This document shows positions 38,101 to 47,368 of a stretch of DNA of 64,000 bases, in pieces. Location of the stretch: the NCBI GenBank assembly GCA_964187785.1, contig OZ076409.1, positions 5,582,001 through 5,646,000 of the forward strand, given 5' to 3'. Under the pieces are notes generated by a model, which saw only the letters and a program-made list of their open reading frames with translations, was not told where the DNA came from and ran no database searches. Both the position numbers and the translations under genes were made by a program. Within the stretch, counting starts at the first letter, position 1; every line of letters begins with the position of its first letter. The DNA is from Amphiscolops sp. MND2022 (lineage: Eukaryota).

Positions 38101-39640
38101 AGCCGCCCAAGTGACCAAAGTAACCTCAACTGCTGGCCACCCCAAGACTCAAGGGTTGGTAGAGCGACAAAACCGAACGTTACTCACCCTACTGCGTGTA
38201 TTCTGCTCTAGACGAATGCGTGATTGGGACCAGTATTTAGATGAAGTCATGGGTGCATACAACTCCACACGTCATGCCACTACTGGGTTCTCCCCGTATA
38301 TGCTGACCAGAGGCATGGAAAAAGCTATACCCCTGACTTTCTTGTATCCCGAATTTGCAACTCAGTCATTCGAATCACACGAAGCCTATGTGGAACATGT
38401 GCTGGCTCGACAGCAAGAGATTCATGACTTAGTCCGTCGTAACACGCATCAAGCCCAGCAGCGACAAAAGTTGAAATACGACCGAGCAATTCGTGCTAAA
38501 GCCTATGAAGTGGGCGAACCTGTTTGGGTATTCTGCCGATACATTCCTCAAAAAGGATCTCCTAAATTGATGAGAGCCTGGCATGGTCCTCACAAAGTAG
38601 CACGAGTGCTACAAGAGGGACGCGTCTACATACTTGACACTGGTCAAAAAGTACATTTCGAACGATTGAAACCGCACCATGGTGGTCCAACAGAATGGGC
38701 AGCTGTTCCTGCGCATAACGGCGAGGTTGCTATCATCATGGACCCTCACCCAGAACAATCCCACGAGGAAGTGAGAGACGATGCTTCGCAACCTTCTTAT
38801 CGTGCGGAGGAACCAATTTCAGAAGCCAGTAATGCCTCTTTGCCTTCTCGACAAAGACATTGGATGGACACACGGTTGCGCACACGCATGCGCGCTGGTG
38901 GCAGCCGCCTACATTATCAACAATTTGACTATTCTTCGACTGAGTCTGACGACGAACGTTCTGATGTACTCCTGTCGAGTGTTCAGGCTAATCCCGATGA
39001 GAGTGCTATCTTGTCATCACATGTGGATGAACCTGCGCCTATTCCCGAAATACCAATATCACCACTGCCTGCTATGGAGGCTCTATTCTCAGAGAATGAA
39101 GCAGTGCCCGACGTCTTGGATATCGCCCCAAATCCTACTATCCACGCACCCACCAAAAGTGCCGGCACCTCTCTGACCGGTACATCCGCCCCATTATTGA
39201 CAAATCCATCTCTTACGGATATGTTGAGTAACTTTCCCATTTGGCCCCTAATCGATGACAATGTTCTCAATCCCACCTTAGACGACAACGGTGCTGAAGC
39301 ACCAATGACCAATGACGAAAAGGGATTTATTCCCCCTACGACAGTTCCCACCAACAACAACGCAGCTACTACCACGAAACTCTCCAATGCTCCTAGAGGG
39401 CATAGACCGCGAGGACGTCCGCCAGGCAGAGCGAGGCCGCGAGCCTCGCTGCCACGTGGCCACCAACAGAGAGGTGCTATTAGAGGCGCTCGCATAAGAG
39501 GCCGTCCCAGAGGAAGACCTCCTCGTACAACACACGCCAGACCTAACACCTCTACCCGTGTTCGTCGCACTCCATCTGTGGACACTGACTCTTCTGCCCC
39601 TAGCGCGGCGGTTACCTCAGATCAAGCAGCACCGCCATAA
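32147..39640 (+). CDS. Gag-Pol polyprotein of element D (capsid, two CCHC knuckles, protease, dUTPase-like region, RT, RNase H, integrase)
   Basis: CFNCGLSGHFAREC and CVKCGMTEHSASQC; LIDTGS (34562); PWASGIVMV, MPFG, YIDD (36059-36070); DTDAS; HDAMGH..CITC; YDH / SDNA / VERQN (DDE); WHGPHKV. Confidence 0.98.
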   Translation: MEEIEAVQAELRTSTERQAQGHEIQAARMDAMGYRMAEMKDMVAEREVRMEAQMQEVCSQIQAMGTMLKNIQSRPAPASNTIKELLQDTDVSLPKPMKSVSLKPKESVTTATNPSGSKQHLARYAPLPQPLVSNGEAASTSTKFIPSAVSTKYIPRTTKAHKKEPTCEVITIDTSSMGITGLREPTRTNELTEVTSTFQTANATLGESAAEFQTADDGLPLGNPCASSTRRREVTIPENTDDSVNSTRGSSIPPPAITEEAPISPEQLRFTEAISKAMSKELAPLIANRDQTRVRPTVYKGTKDGTVDGWLPVMKRFLERVHAKSPKIDKAWAIIDHLEGEARNYMINKSEPERDEPDKVFSLLASRFGTGGNRMHVRQTFMSRVQQEKEDWMQFLDALEGLRTQGFPDEPITTRRYEILQRFIDGVNDPTLRQELAVVYAAETYLTEPPTVESLRFTTRQLQRHRPNTSKPYDPRYAMRSRPNPFVPGKLVHPAPGLPQNVLPPNQGQREAKPQMAPPGPASVKQAPAQQQPARVIPQGACFNCGLSGHFARECPHRDLAKKPAARAAPEERVNLCENNVASVCSGPVFCVKCGMTEHSASQCQNVSVHEDLAYSLWAEQPSASQTMSDNEMVLMLRPAEAAHVATPLTVTCGKIQIQTNPEPTTFDPPGRTIMSARLLLAVERETRPELTIDAPIEEMTANENCRQLTLPQPEEWQVKGVTSTYHAYSPIPVKVCIVGVDMRFGATIITDAFPPGICLGPQELRCYNIDAQEPTGEARIDERSSLEVSFVVPDAAPVPLRGLIDTGSGVSILTFSAYNRVAVRTGTLLRPYGIDLYAANGKTIKTFGLAEKVKFQLGGYELETNFVVVDDAMGVEDFLLGRNFLRAYQVLVDLTAMKVIVRAPSEPVWYHAHAQVSNESLNSSVAIAQDVVLQPFERAILRARLLSDNLEPFMFRTVLINFQTPNRMLKNAIFLEDTVATVGETGFLYVSLGNLTSNVQRIKKGTLLGTAVPVTMVHKAIPQIVPGQSNETLQSNANYVCKVYEQMNLDSSSEYSSPSEFEFLSSTEPSELGLSEREIKKRTDPALMAPIPGPEAQLDEVRGLWGSTASDTLSKRLNEFDDLFMKFKVDIGKCKIAKHPVEVEPGAIPHGEGARRMSPDKAERANQEVRDLLALGMIQPSLSPWASGIVMVKKKSGELRFCCDFRPPNEVTIKDAYPLPRIDESLSRLGKAKIYTSIDLAWAFWQIPVRKADRQKTAFACELGLFEWRRMPFGMCNASATFQRAIARALQRIVNREGSMVMAYIDDIVIATETIEDHMDRLREVLQCLREAGFRMRVSKCDFMKSEIKYLGRVVSADGIKPDPKAVAKLKDWDIPRTKTELQSFLGFANYYRDFIPWHAKLVAPLHAMTGAGSPFLWGEEQQRAFNSIKVALMEATALAQPDTEGEFVLDTDASGVAISGILHQWQGPPESHKLRPIVFGSKKLTSTQAKYGAPKLEMYAAYYFILKNHSYLCPRKFTLRVDNQALSWLKTYSMDQAIIGRWIMALEKYHFGIEHRPRTQHRNADGLSKRTNDYKKHEKQLKGLPAIADQWDFLSLEEYNKLPLAPWFDVHGCVIPNHPELPAHLQRLASQSSPETTVAAPTRRSGQSKRSAIMRDEAMRAPLPRLPKPELALPAELYPEYPEDWLELTEEYQRDYLLPTHAANVPSRTTYPLTEKQATSTAPEHVKQAAFVVNSISMELHEHADTVHGLKDLLLAQNRDVHVLAIKKLVMQESIDHDIFPENVRAFAKNYHKQKKNLLLVNANGVLCVKYSKSQKALHERPCMIVMPQLYQHEILFKAHDAMGHQGIAKVLARIQERHTWPGIRRTIGQYVSQCITCQQVRDKPGDVRFHLKNIQSDYFNELVQYDHMKICPSDDGNTGILVIIDHFSKLAEAVPCNHDEYDAATTSKLLLQKWFARHGTPTRMQSDNAPNFTAAVSAEFMKAAQVTKVTSTAGHPKTQGLVERQNRTLLTLLRVFCSRRMRDWDQYLDEVMGAYNSTRHATTGFSPYMLTRGMEKAIPLTFLYPEFATQSFESHEAYVEHVLARQQEIHDLVRRNTHQAQQRQKLKYDRAIRAKAYEVGEPVWVFCRYIPQKGSPKLMRAWHGPHKVARVLQEGRVYILDTGQKVHFERLKPHHGGPTEWAAVPAHNGEVAIIMDPHPEQSHEEVRDDASQPSYRAEEPISEASNASLPSRQRHWMDTRLRTRMRAGGSRLHYQQFDYSSTESDDERSDVLLSSVQANPDESAILSSHVDEPAPIPEIPISPLPAMEALFSENEAVPDVLDIAPNPTIHAPTKSAGTSLTGTSAPLLTNPSLTDMLSNFPIWPLIDDNVLNPTLDDNGAEAPMTNDEKGFIPPTTVPTNNNAATTTKLSNAPRGHRPRGRPPGRARPRASLPRGHQQRGAIRGARIRGRPRGRPPRTTHARPNTSTRVRRTPSVDTDSSAPSAAVTSDQAAPP

Positions 39641-41047
39641 TCAACCAACGCTCGCTATGGCCTGCGACGCAATCGTATTCCCAGATATCGTTGCGGAACA
39701 TGTGGCCTACGAGACTGCGAATGTAACTACATGGTCCATGCGGGCTTCCCAATTAAACCCCAGGGAGTCCTGCTAGCACGTAAACAGGAGAAAACGCTTC
39801 CAAGCAGCACGATTGACCGTTTGGTAATTCGAGCTGAGAAGACTTATACTGGGCTACAACGCAGCGACACTCCATATCCTGTGAACTATATCCTATCCAA
39901 AATGAAAGATTCTACGATAGCAAAGGCCCCGTGCCCAAGATTCAAGGAGTGGACCTATGATCTTATTTGTTTGGATTTCACATTACCTATCACTGTTCCC
40001 CCCTTGCCTACAAATTTTGCTTTTGGTCCTTTCAACTATGAACGAGAACCTATCCAAATGGTACGCTGTATCCCTGCTGACCTTTTGTATGACAAGTACA
40101 ACGTCACCGCAAAACCAGGAGACGTTTATCAGTCTGCAACCAACTGGTGGCTACTAATTACGGCCAAACAAGTGTCCGACCTGGTTCATCCCAATAACTT
40201 GAGCACCTGTCTGGAGAGTTTGCGGACAATGGCCTCTCCTGATAGAATCACTTGTTTCCACACCATAGACCTGTATCGTGGTAAAATTAAGTTTGAATGG
40301 TGGCTGGAACTTATCATAGCAGTCTTATCGAGCTTTTCACGAATCCGATTCCTGGACGATTGGACGCACTCATTTTCTAGTCCTGTATCACTCCAATCAG
40401 CCCTACACGCACTGGATACATGGTCCAGGGCTAACATTGATAACCAATCGTTGCCGCGATCTGTGTGGCAAGACTTGGGCGCCATTAAAGGCCTCCTTCC
40501 GAACACATGTGACGATGCTCTCTCCAATGACCCCGGACGAGAGTTAATATACCATGGAGCCGTGAGACCTCAATTGGTTGACTATGTGCAGTATGCCAAT
40601 ACGGACTTCCTGCAAACTCCCCATCATATTGTTTTATGTTGTCCCGCAAACCTTGAGACTAATTCTGCCGCTCTTCGTTACGTCATTCGTGAGCATGGTG
40701 CAGATGCAATCTTTCAACTTCTACCGGAGGTTGGCAATATTGTGACGCTACCCACATCTTTGATAGACGGCCATCCTCAGACTATCCACCTTTTAATCAC
40801 ACGAGCTACACCTCGCTGCCCTATGCTCGCTGATATTCTCTTGGGATGTCTTGATCATTTGAAAACGTTACTCGAGCGCTTAGAGGCGATAGAAGTACAC
40901 TTTGCCATCATTGATCCTGAGCGCCCAATACGTAATCTTTTCGACTTTTATACCTGTTTGATGGACGTATTCGCTGACACGCCCCTGACCGTCGTTCTTC
41001 ACGATCGCGTTTACGTATCTATCGCAAGCGTCGCTAGCTTTCCGTAG
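39641..41047 (+). CDS. In-frame continuation of Pol: RYGLR motif, Cys cluster and two degenerate macrodomain-like repeats (TARG1/Poa1p type)
   Basis: The frame stays open from the TAA at 39638-39640 (STNARYGLRRNRIPRYRCGTCGLRDCECNY) into the ORF at 39731. Two repeats show the pattern C.padl...pG.v....llIT......L..CL..L...idxxr...vf. Confidence 0.75.
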   Translation, partial: STNARYGLRRNRIPRYRCGTCGLRDCECNYMVHAGFPIKPQGVLLARKQEKTLPSSTIDRLVIRAEKTYTGLQRSDTPYPVNYILSKMKDSTIAKAPCPRFKEWTYDLICLDFTLPITVPPLPTNFAFGPFNYEREPIQMVRCIPADLLYDKYNVTAKPGDVYQSATNWWLLITAKQVSDLVHPNNLSTCLESLRTMASPDRITCFHTIDLYRGKIKFEWWLELIIAVLSSFSRIRFLDDWTHSFSSPVSLQSALHALDTWSRANIDNQSLPRSVWQDLGAIKGLLPNTCDDALSNDPGRELIYHGAVRPQLVDYVQYANTDFLQTPHHIVLCCPANLETNSAALRYVIREHGADAIFQLLPEVGNIVTLPTSLIDGHPQTIHLLITRATPRCPMLADILLGCLDHLKTLLERLEAIEVHFAIIDPERPIRNLFDFYTCLMDVFADTPLTVVLHDRVYVSIASVASFP

Positions 41048-41269
41048 AACTTTTTGTTTTTCCTTTCGCTCTTTTTTTTTCTTTTGTCCGCTCGATTAAG
41101 TTTAGTGAATCGACACGGAGTTTACTTGAAACAAATACGTTACCTTTTCTTTTAATGTTAATTTGTGATATCCTATTACTTCCCCTGGTATTACCCTTAA
41201 AGTGACCTATGGTGTTACCCTACTATCAAGTGTGCTACAATCGACCTGCACTCTTTCAGAGTTTCCGTC

Positions 41270-44200
41270 ATGAACCAAAGTGACGATGAAAGCAACTACG
41301 TCCCTCCAAGATCTTCAGATGACTCTCCTGCCTTGGGGCACCGCGTTTACGACACTGCGCGTGTCCAGCGTACCCCACAAATTGCTTTCATTCGAGACAG
41401 ACTCGACCAAGGTCTGTCGCCAGCTACAGTAGCCGGGGTGGCGGCGATCATAGCCCAGATGGAGTCACAAGTGCAAGCCCCTATGCTGACGATATCTATC
41501 ACTTCAGGCTTTCCTGGGTTCCAGCGATCTATGACGTTCCAAGATGGAGTGTGGTACGGCCATGATCTCACACATCACTTTACGGATGATCGTGCAGCGA
41601 TCTCATACAGTCCTGCGAATGGCGGAGTCCATCAGACCAGATCTCTACAGATCCCTTCTTGCCCGCCTCCACCTCCACCGCCACCTCCTGTATCAATGCC
41701 ACAAACAGTAGTGCGTGCAAGCACTTCTGCTCCTGCAGTACCTAACTTGTCCAATCAACCAATGGCAGAACAAGCAGTTATCTCAGCACTGCAAGCAGTA
41801 GCTATCAACCCTAATTACGCTGATTTCATGCGATCCATGGAGCAGTGTTGGCCTGAACTACGCCAAATTGCTCTGCCTACTGTTACTATTCGCAACGAAA
41901 ACGCCACTTTGAACCAAACAAGTTAAGATGCTATCACTATTCCTCACGTCAATCCTCAGTCTGAACAGCCAGGGCACTCCCGCACCGTGACTGTAGAGCG
42001 CAGTCGTTCGCCTTCCCGCTCTTCTCAAAAGGGGGGAGGAGAGAGCCGCCCTGCCTCCAGAAAACGCAATGACCGTTCTCCAACAAGAATGAGTGCTCAA
42101 CAACCACTAACTGCTCGTGACAGCCCCTCGAGCAAGCCACCACCCGACAAAAAGATCTCCAACGAGAAGGCCACAACCTCCAAGACGCCAAACCAAACAA
42201 AATCAAAAGTGTCGGAAGCATCCGTGCTTCCCTCACCCCAGCCACAACCAAACGCAACAGGCGAACAACAAGGACTGCCGCAGCCACCACCCACGCAGTC
42301 TACAACACGCGAGTCGCTGGCTCAACGAGCGGTTCCTAAGACTTCTACATCAAGACAGCCACAAACGGAGCAAACTGTGGTTTATCAAGGCACCCCTGAA
42401 CCTCAGCGAACTGTCAAGGACATAATGGGTGATTACCCAGGATTGAAGGTAACCAACAGTGGTCCAACTGGAACCCCACTCCGCAAACAGGCAATTCAAC
42501 ACCCAACTAAGAGGACCTTTACAAAGCAACCGACGTACCTGAGTCCAATGCAAAACACGAAGGGCAAGCTGATCACCAAGGACTCCCGACGTATCTGGGA
42601 ATCGGCAGTTATTGTATCACCCGAATGGCTGTTTGAAAAGAACATGTGTCCTCCGAATGACGAAGAGCATGCGAAATTGAAGAAGGCGAAAGTATCTGTA
42701 TTCATGAATCGTCCAATTCGCCCCGACCACACCCCTACTAATGAGCCGCCATGGCTAGGGAAGGCAATGAATATTCTGCCAAACGTAGAAGACAACTACT
42801 TGGACGCCCTCAACATTGACCTTCGTGGGCAATTCGCTGCCGATACTTCCTCAACGCTGGAGAGACCTTCGAGATCAACCCGCGGTACGCCCGTGACCTC
42901 GAAGCCCAGCTACCAATGCCAAAAGAAAGGTTGCAGCGTGCGCGCTTCGCCTTACTTGTAGACTCGACCTTCCTCAAAAATATCCCTATTGACAATGTGC
43001 TGTCAGACGTGATGGTTTTCACTCTACCGCTGTCACGTATCCCCGAGATGGCTGAAGTGTTGGTCACCATGTTTGACCCCGAGATGACGGGGACCTTCAA
43101 AGAGCCACCCCCACGCAGAGTGATCATCAGTAACGTTTTCGATCACATGGCCTGTGAAGGACTAATGGCCCAGATCGCGAACGTTGAAATCATAAATCCA
43201 ACTCCAGCACAGCGAGCAACAGTACGCAACGCAGTACTGAATGTGGCCCGAGCCATGGAAAAAGCCCAAAATATCCTAAAGAATAAACTCAACGTGCCAG
43301 TCTTGTTTGTAACACCCCCAGGTTTCTGCCAGTGGCATCCCGCCTTGCAGAGATTTATCTATATGGTAACAGAAATTTGCAAATGTAGAGAAATAGACTT
43401 TGCGATCTGCGCGCCCAATATGCGGATCAGCTCCGACGACTTGCGTCCCTCCTGGCTTTCCTACATGGGGTACGTTGCCTCAGTGTCTAAAGTGCTACAG
43501 TCAGTGGAAAAGACAGGGAACGCGCAGCTGACAATCGACGATGCCATCTATTTTGATCACGGCACTCGTATGGGCTTGTTAGTATTCAGCAACAACGGAG
43601 AAAGGCGAGTCCCAGAACCTAGCACGGCTGAATGTCAGGCAATCCGCCTGAATAACTGGATGGAGCGCGCGCGCTCCTCCGGTGGAAAGACTTGCATTAA
43701 AACTGATCTTGCGGAAGTCACCGCCATAATGAGCAAAATCCCCAGCGACCGAGAAGTGGAACGAGCCATCCCGCGAGTTCAATTTGCCCAGGACCTCACT
43801 ATTGACCAACTATCAGTGGGAATGAGGTATATCGCTGCAAAATTGACGAGCGAGACTCAGGCTGAAATCCAAGCCTTCAGCAGCACCTACGACGCTTGGT
43901 ACCAGCGGCTGCAAACTACCACCGTAGCAGACATTGCAAAAGAACTTGGGATGTCAACCGACCAATTTGCCATCTGTTTGGGATTGGGTTGGAGTCCCGA
44001 TGTTATTCGAGTTGAGTTCGGCTTGGACGAACACTGGTTGATCGGAATCAGCAAGATTATCGGCACCATGCAAGTAAACGAACTCTTTGCACTGATACTC
44101 ACCTTCGGGCAGAAACGCTTCGTAGCTGGCCCAATGATGATATTGACCGACCTGGTTACTGAGTGTAATCTGGAATGGCTATTTTCGTATTTAGTGATTG

Positions 44201-45625
44201 CGCGAGGCAATATCTCAGGCCTCACCGCCTTAGCCAAGCTGCTACAACGAAAAGACGCTCAGGATTATCCCGCTCACCTGGAGCGCATGACAAGTTCGTT
44301 ATATCACTGGATATACTGCAGTCTGGTCTTTGCCTCGGGACTTTTCGTGGGCGTAGATAAGCACCAACCATTATATGACGGACGTCAGCTGGTGACCGAG
44401 GTAGCTGGATTTCTGACACCTAACCAGCTGGCAGATTTCACTTTGGCTGAAGTCGAAGACCTTGTACCGGTGTTAGCACCCGTGCTAACTCCGATATTTG
44501 GCCCAACCGGGATACTTCGCTATCCCACCAAGCCTCTGCGACTCGCCTGGGAAACACCAACAGTCTCCATCCTGACTTTTCTGAAGAATGTAAAACCGTA
44601 CAACTATCAGCAGATGCTTGAACGCGGGTTGTTCCATGTATACCACCATAAAGAACGAAACGCAGCAGGACGAAAACCTGGCCGGCATTCTCAAAGCCCG
44701 GACAAAGAAGGCGTGCCCTTTACCTCGCGAATACGGCCCGGTGAATTGGTACAATTCGCCCCTAGATCACCATGGAATCCCACAGCGATTCAATTGGAGT
44801 TTCGCACACCTCAGGAAGTACGTGACCGAATGCGTACAAGCCATGGGCGGTCACACAAACCAGGGGTATAATTTTCAGATGATCAAGCTTCCAGCCAGGT
44901 ACTGGCGAGGACCCATCGGCTATGCCCGGGCTAAGCCAATCAGCATGGTTGAGAAAGGCTTTAATGAGCAGTACGCCTATCGCGATCACTACAAACTAGG
45001 CGTGTGGATGTCAAGGACCCTGGAGGAACGCCAAGGGCGCCTAAAAGGCTTGATCATCCCTCCACAGACAATGCCTGTTTGGAATCCAGTGGCGAGGGTC
45101 ACTATGGGAAGCGACATGCCAGCGGAGACCTGCTACCATGTCATGGAACTGCTGAGTGATCCCCTCGGACCCGAATGGGAAGCCTCCAGGCAAATTATAG
45201 AACATGAAAACAGGGACAACTGGTCCAGAGCCTGCGGGCTCTGGGGCCGACCTGATCTACGCCCGAAACTCAGTGCCAAGCAGAAACGACCCATTGCCAC
45301 CCGCAATAGACCGCTAGATCTACCACACCTGTTTAATGCCAGTAGATTGGATGTGCAGATCCCAACCTCCACGTCGACCACAAGTTCTGCCAATGTTAGC
45401 GGCTCAGCCAATGCAGCGCAAGAACATTCGCCAGAAGTCTCAACTCCCGTAGCTGCGGAAAATGGCCCTAGTGGCTCAAACACGACTCCCAGGACCCATG
45501 AAACTGCCAGCGCCGAACCAAGGCCAGTCCTGCGAGAAGGAAATGTGCGAAGAGGATCCCTGTCCGAACCACAACCGAAAGCCGACGTCTCCCCCAGAGC
45601 GCGTCAATTCTCCGCCACCCAGTAA
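41270..45625 (+). pseudogene. Accessory ORF of element D (about 1450 aa reconstructed; one in-frame stop and two frameshifts) with an SGNH-hydrolase-like domain
   Basis: 41270-41926 and 41987-42961 share a frame across one TAA; frameshifts near 42820-42845 and about 44630 join 42916-44871 and 44618-45625. SGNH-like blocks: FALLVDS, VIISNVFDH, VLFVTPP, SDDLRPSWLSY. Confidence 0.75.
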
Positions 45626-46621
45626 AACAAACCTAACATTATTGCCATTCTGTTTTAAACTTCAATAGTCCTGTGCTAAATGAACCTTTGCAAAACCTCA
45701 TGGTTTCAACCACTGTTGTTGCTAAACTTTGATTTTGGAAGTGCCAATTGGTCATGGGTAAAAACCTCCAAGTGGAGATGAAGCCCCCGGGCTTCATCCT
45801 CCTCATTATTCCGTTTTGGGACCGGCAACCCAACCATAAAACTACGCCTTTGCCTTGCCTTAGTTAAATGCATTATTCAATTTGCAATTTGTGTTTGCAG
45901 TTAGTGCTTTTTCAAGCTACCTTATGCTACCTTATGGATGCGCTGTGCGCACTCCGTGCTCTGAATTTTCGGTGCTATTACACCCTTTTAGTTACTAGTT
46001 ATTGTTTACACTGTTGCTATTGTCGAAAAAGACAAAAGGAAAAAAATGAAGGAAAAGGAAACAAAAGGAGAGAGATGAGAAATGGATAGAATAAAAAGAT
46101 TGATGGACCTAGACTATTGTTTTTTCTTTGAGTTACCTGATAGGATTGAGAGTAAGTCTCGCAAAAGAAATTTTATATTGACTGTACTTATTGGTTGATT
46201 TTATGGCAACTGCTTATCAAAAGAACTTTTATCAAACGCCAAGCAGTGCGAAGCTCCCGAGCTTCGGAAAATAAATTTTGAACTGTCATGGTCGTTGACC
46301 TTAAAACAAGTTTTAACACTAACGGCAAAAAAAAAATTTTGTATGAAAGGCCGAAAAGAAATTTTAACGCCTGAACTGCTCACGACAGGCTACAAAAAGT
46401 AATAACCTTGCCGTATAAGATTTGTATACGAAGTTGTATTAATTTGATCAAAATGCAGCAACGCTGGGTCAAAAACACTTCCACGAGGCCAACTTGACGA
46501 CGTCCCAATGAACTGCCCAGCGCTAGTTGATGTGCACTCTACCTCCTCAGTGGGACATAGATGACCCTGGGTAAAGACTCGATGATGCCAACCCACACTT
46601 GACGGGGACGTCAAGACTAGA

Positions 46622-46635
46622 CCCCGGGGAGTGTA
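46622..46635 (+). promoter_or_regulatory. PPT-like tract of element D
   Basis: CCCCGGGGAGTGTA lies directly before the 3' LTR. Confidence 0.7.
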
Positions 46636-47368
46636 TGTAGCGATTACCTATCGAGTACACGATTTCGAAAGTTTCGATGAAACTTTCGTTCAAGGGACTA
46701 TATCCCCTCTACTGAAAAGTCATATTCCGCTGGACGGCAGCGTGTCTTTATTCAAGTACCTGCCCACAAAATTGAAGAGAATTTGAGCAAAAGACTCCGG
46801 TCAGACCCCAACCGAACGAGAAGACTGCAGAAAAACACGGCCGCTGTCAGAAAAAGACTCAAATTTCTGTCAAAACGGACTGAACTTTGTTTTAGCCAGT
46901 GCTTTCTTCAGCGAAGCGTTACAAGACGCTGTGATTACCGAAATTGAGTCAATTGGCTTGACCAAGCATCCGTGCTTGTGTCCCCGGCTAATTGCTGCCT
47001 CAAAAGTGCTAATTATGTAGTAATTTTCGTATTTTCTTGTTGTAACAGCTCGTGAGCTACTTATTTCGATTTCCTGTGTAACTTCTAAAAAACTTGATTT
47101 TCCTTTCCACCACTTGCATTTTTCAAAGGCTATCTAAGCGTTGGTTCCGAAGAAAAAGCGTAATGCGCGCTACTGTTAGCAATTACAGACTGGATCAGGC
47201 CGGCGAGCACTTCTTAAGAAGCGGAATCCTCCTCTGACGGGACATTTCTTACCCGAAGGAGGCAAAATGGACTCATGGCCATGGGCGCCTGTCCCGGGCA
47301 AATACCCATGCCATGTGTTCCTCCTGCTCTTATGGTTACGGCGACAATGGTGAGAGCTTGTCGTTACA
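46636..47368 (+). repeat. 3' LTR of element D
   Basis: Direct repeat of 28176-28908. Confidence 0.98.

Larger units (their letters stand above)
28176..47368 (+). mobile_element. Element D: young 19,193-bp Ty3/Gypsy LTR retrotransposon nested in the 3' UTR of element C
   Basis: Two 733-bp LTRs (about 8 mismatches counted by eye) with TGTAGCGA...TCGTTACA termini, PBS, PPT, a long Gag-Pol ORF and a downstream accessory ORF. Confidence 0.98.

Noticed and set aside
38983..39585. 200-aa antisense ORF and other antisense ORFs within element D and the Mag-like element
   Set aside because: Shadow frames of GC-richer coding sequence with no motifs.
42820..42850. Programmed -1 frameshift in the accessory ORF
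   Set aside because: No X XXY YYZ slippery heptamer in the overlap; a 1-nt deletion is simpler.
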